Source: Zancudomyces culisetae HAW-14-8
Lineage: Eukaryota > Fungi > Kickxellomycota
Direction of reading: 5' to 3'
Length of the DNA: 64,000 nt
NCBI GenBank assembly: GCA_052426225.1
Contig: JBNJNM010000007.1
Span: 558,001 to 622,000, forward strand
Positions 62,453-64,000 of the stretch are shown here, one piece after another. Position numbers and translations under genes: made by a program. Each line of letters begins with the position of its first letter. The first letter of the stretch is position 1. The notes under the pieces are model-generated. The model did no database searches and was not told the origin of the DNA. It was given only the letters and a program-made list of their open reading frames with translations.

Positions 62453-63908
62453 TCAACTCAGAAATGCTAGAGAGAAAGAGTTTCCAACTGATAGGTTTTC
62501 TGGCAAGAATCGGAGATGTGTATTTGCAGAACCAGGTGCTTCGATTAAAATAGGATTGTAATGGTGGTCTGTAGATCCATTTCCTAGTATACCACAAAAG
62601 TTATTCAGTCCCCATATGAACAATCTTCCAGCTTCTACAAATATTATAGAGATATATTCGTAATTATTAACGTAACTTAGTCAAAGTGTGGTTTCTTGAC
62701 AAGAGTTAACAAAATTAGGTCTCATTTATATTAGTAACAGAAAAATCACTCACCATCAATAGCACAGCTATAATCTGTTGAGGCTTTAACAGCAACGATA
62801 TTCCGAAGTCCTGGTATCCGTAAAGGAGTAGTGATGTGTGTTGTTTCTTCACCCAAACCCAGTGCACCACAACCACATACGTATACATGCCCGTCATCTA
62901 GTTTTTCAGAAAACATATTAAGAAGTGTGAGTTAGGTAATTGTCAGTGATTGGGTTCAAAAGGGGATGTGAGGATAGATTGTTTTGAAATGCTGTATATT
63001 ATATATGTACACTACAACAAATGCTTACCATTTACAACCAACGAGTGGGCTCCTCCTGCAGCCGCAGATATAATCTTGCCAAACTTAAACTTGACTTTCT
63101 CTGCAGTTAATATCTATATTTGGTATTCGAATGTATACACAGAATCTTTTTTAGATATCCAGTACTTTGGAAATAAAGGGGGATTTAAGGAAGCAGCATA
63201 TACCTTATCGCGCTCACTGCCTAGCATATTGTTTCCATATTCACCATTCCCCCAACAAAAAAGCTCACCCGAATTTGTCAATGCAAAGGTAAAATCTGTA
63301 GAGGTGGAAATAGCAGAAATGAAATGGTCTTCAAAGCCAAGAACCTTGTTCGGTGTTGTAACGTTTTTTGTACATCCCGATCCTGGCTGCCCATCAGCTC
63401 CCCATCCCATACTGAAAACCTTCCCTTGATCTAACAATCATCCTTTAATTAGTATGGTTTTGTCATTAAAGTAATAAATATGTCAGAATTATATGGATGT
63501 TAACCTGTCAATAACACCGAGTGATCCATTCCTGCCTGGATTTGGATTATTTTTCCGTGCGATTCATTAACCTCCAGGGGTATATTCGTGCTTTCTCTTA
63601 TATTCGAGTCCCTCGAGTTGACCTCTCCTTCACCCAATTGCCCATACACGTTGCTTCCGGCAACGTAGACTTTATTTCTTTCTTCTACTATCAGTAAAGC
63701 CACAATGTTAGTGGATAGCTTATAGATGTGATTCAATAATAATAATCACATATTTAAAGGTATAGGGATAAATTTATATAAACAAGGTGTGTTTACTCGC
63801 TTCTTGAACAAGCAATAGCGTGTGTTCTCTGCCACATTCTATCTGAAGCACCTTGCCTGGAATTTCCAAATTAACAACTGAGGGGTTGTTGTTCGTTTCT
63901 AGTGACAT
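62453..63908 (-). CDS. RCC1-repeat protein, RCC1L/WBSCR16-like (multi-exon, probably 5'-partial)
   Basis: CGREHTL, AGSNVYGQLG, AGMDHSVLL, SMGWGADGQ, LFCWGNGEYG, AAGGAHSL and LFIWGLN repeats. A candidate acceptor near 63900 suggests exons beyond the window. Confidence 0.8.
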
Positions 63909-64000
63909 ACAACAATCGTTAAAAACATTTTTCTTTATAAATATACAAGTGTTCGAAATAAAGCTACAAGCGAGCTGTTCAACTATCGCATCGCTTTTTC

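Noticed and set aside
1-64000. Transposons or rRNA
   Set aside because: No transposase, RT or integrase motifs, LTRs or rRNA sequence were recognised.

Overview
AT-rich, gene-dense eukaryotic DNA with short GT-AG introns and fungal-type genes. The gene set and composition suggest an early-diverging fungus, tentatively Kickxellomycotina/Harpellales (inference, not proven). About 23 protein-coding loci are present, in order: SPT2, PTC1-type PP2C, condensin YCS4/CND1 (stop codon overlapping KGD2), KGD2, a secreted CAP/SCP protein, a PCI-domain CSN12/PCID2-like protein, PBDC1, a SulP-STAS-cNMP transporter (VSB1-like), a TM RING-H2 ligase, UBP15/USP7, an F-box-like/ankyrin protein, a secreted TE-repeat protein, a divergent H2A absent from the ORF track, KNL2/M18BP1, a SAS2-like MYST HAT, TAF11, prefoldin 1, a secreted His1 LPMO-like protein, PET127, a Kre9/KNH-type GPI protein, a divergent FTR1-FET3 pair, MAF1 and a partial RCC1L-like gene. 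The strongest oddities are: (1) a 99-nt tRNA-like four-way junction with a canonical acceptor stem and T arm but no canonical D or anticodon arm, just downstream of the Pol III repressor MAF1; (2) an in-frame TGA at a conserved Trp in FTR1, followed by a highly structured 3' flank; (3) a sawtooth G/C strand skew, independent of gene orientation and strong enough to reshape proteins; (4) a tandem H2A-variant / KNL2 / MYST-HAT block; (5) an LPMO-like secreted protein that fits no named family by eye. Exon boundaries were read by hand and need RNA-seq confirmation.
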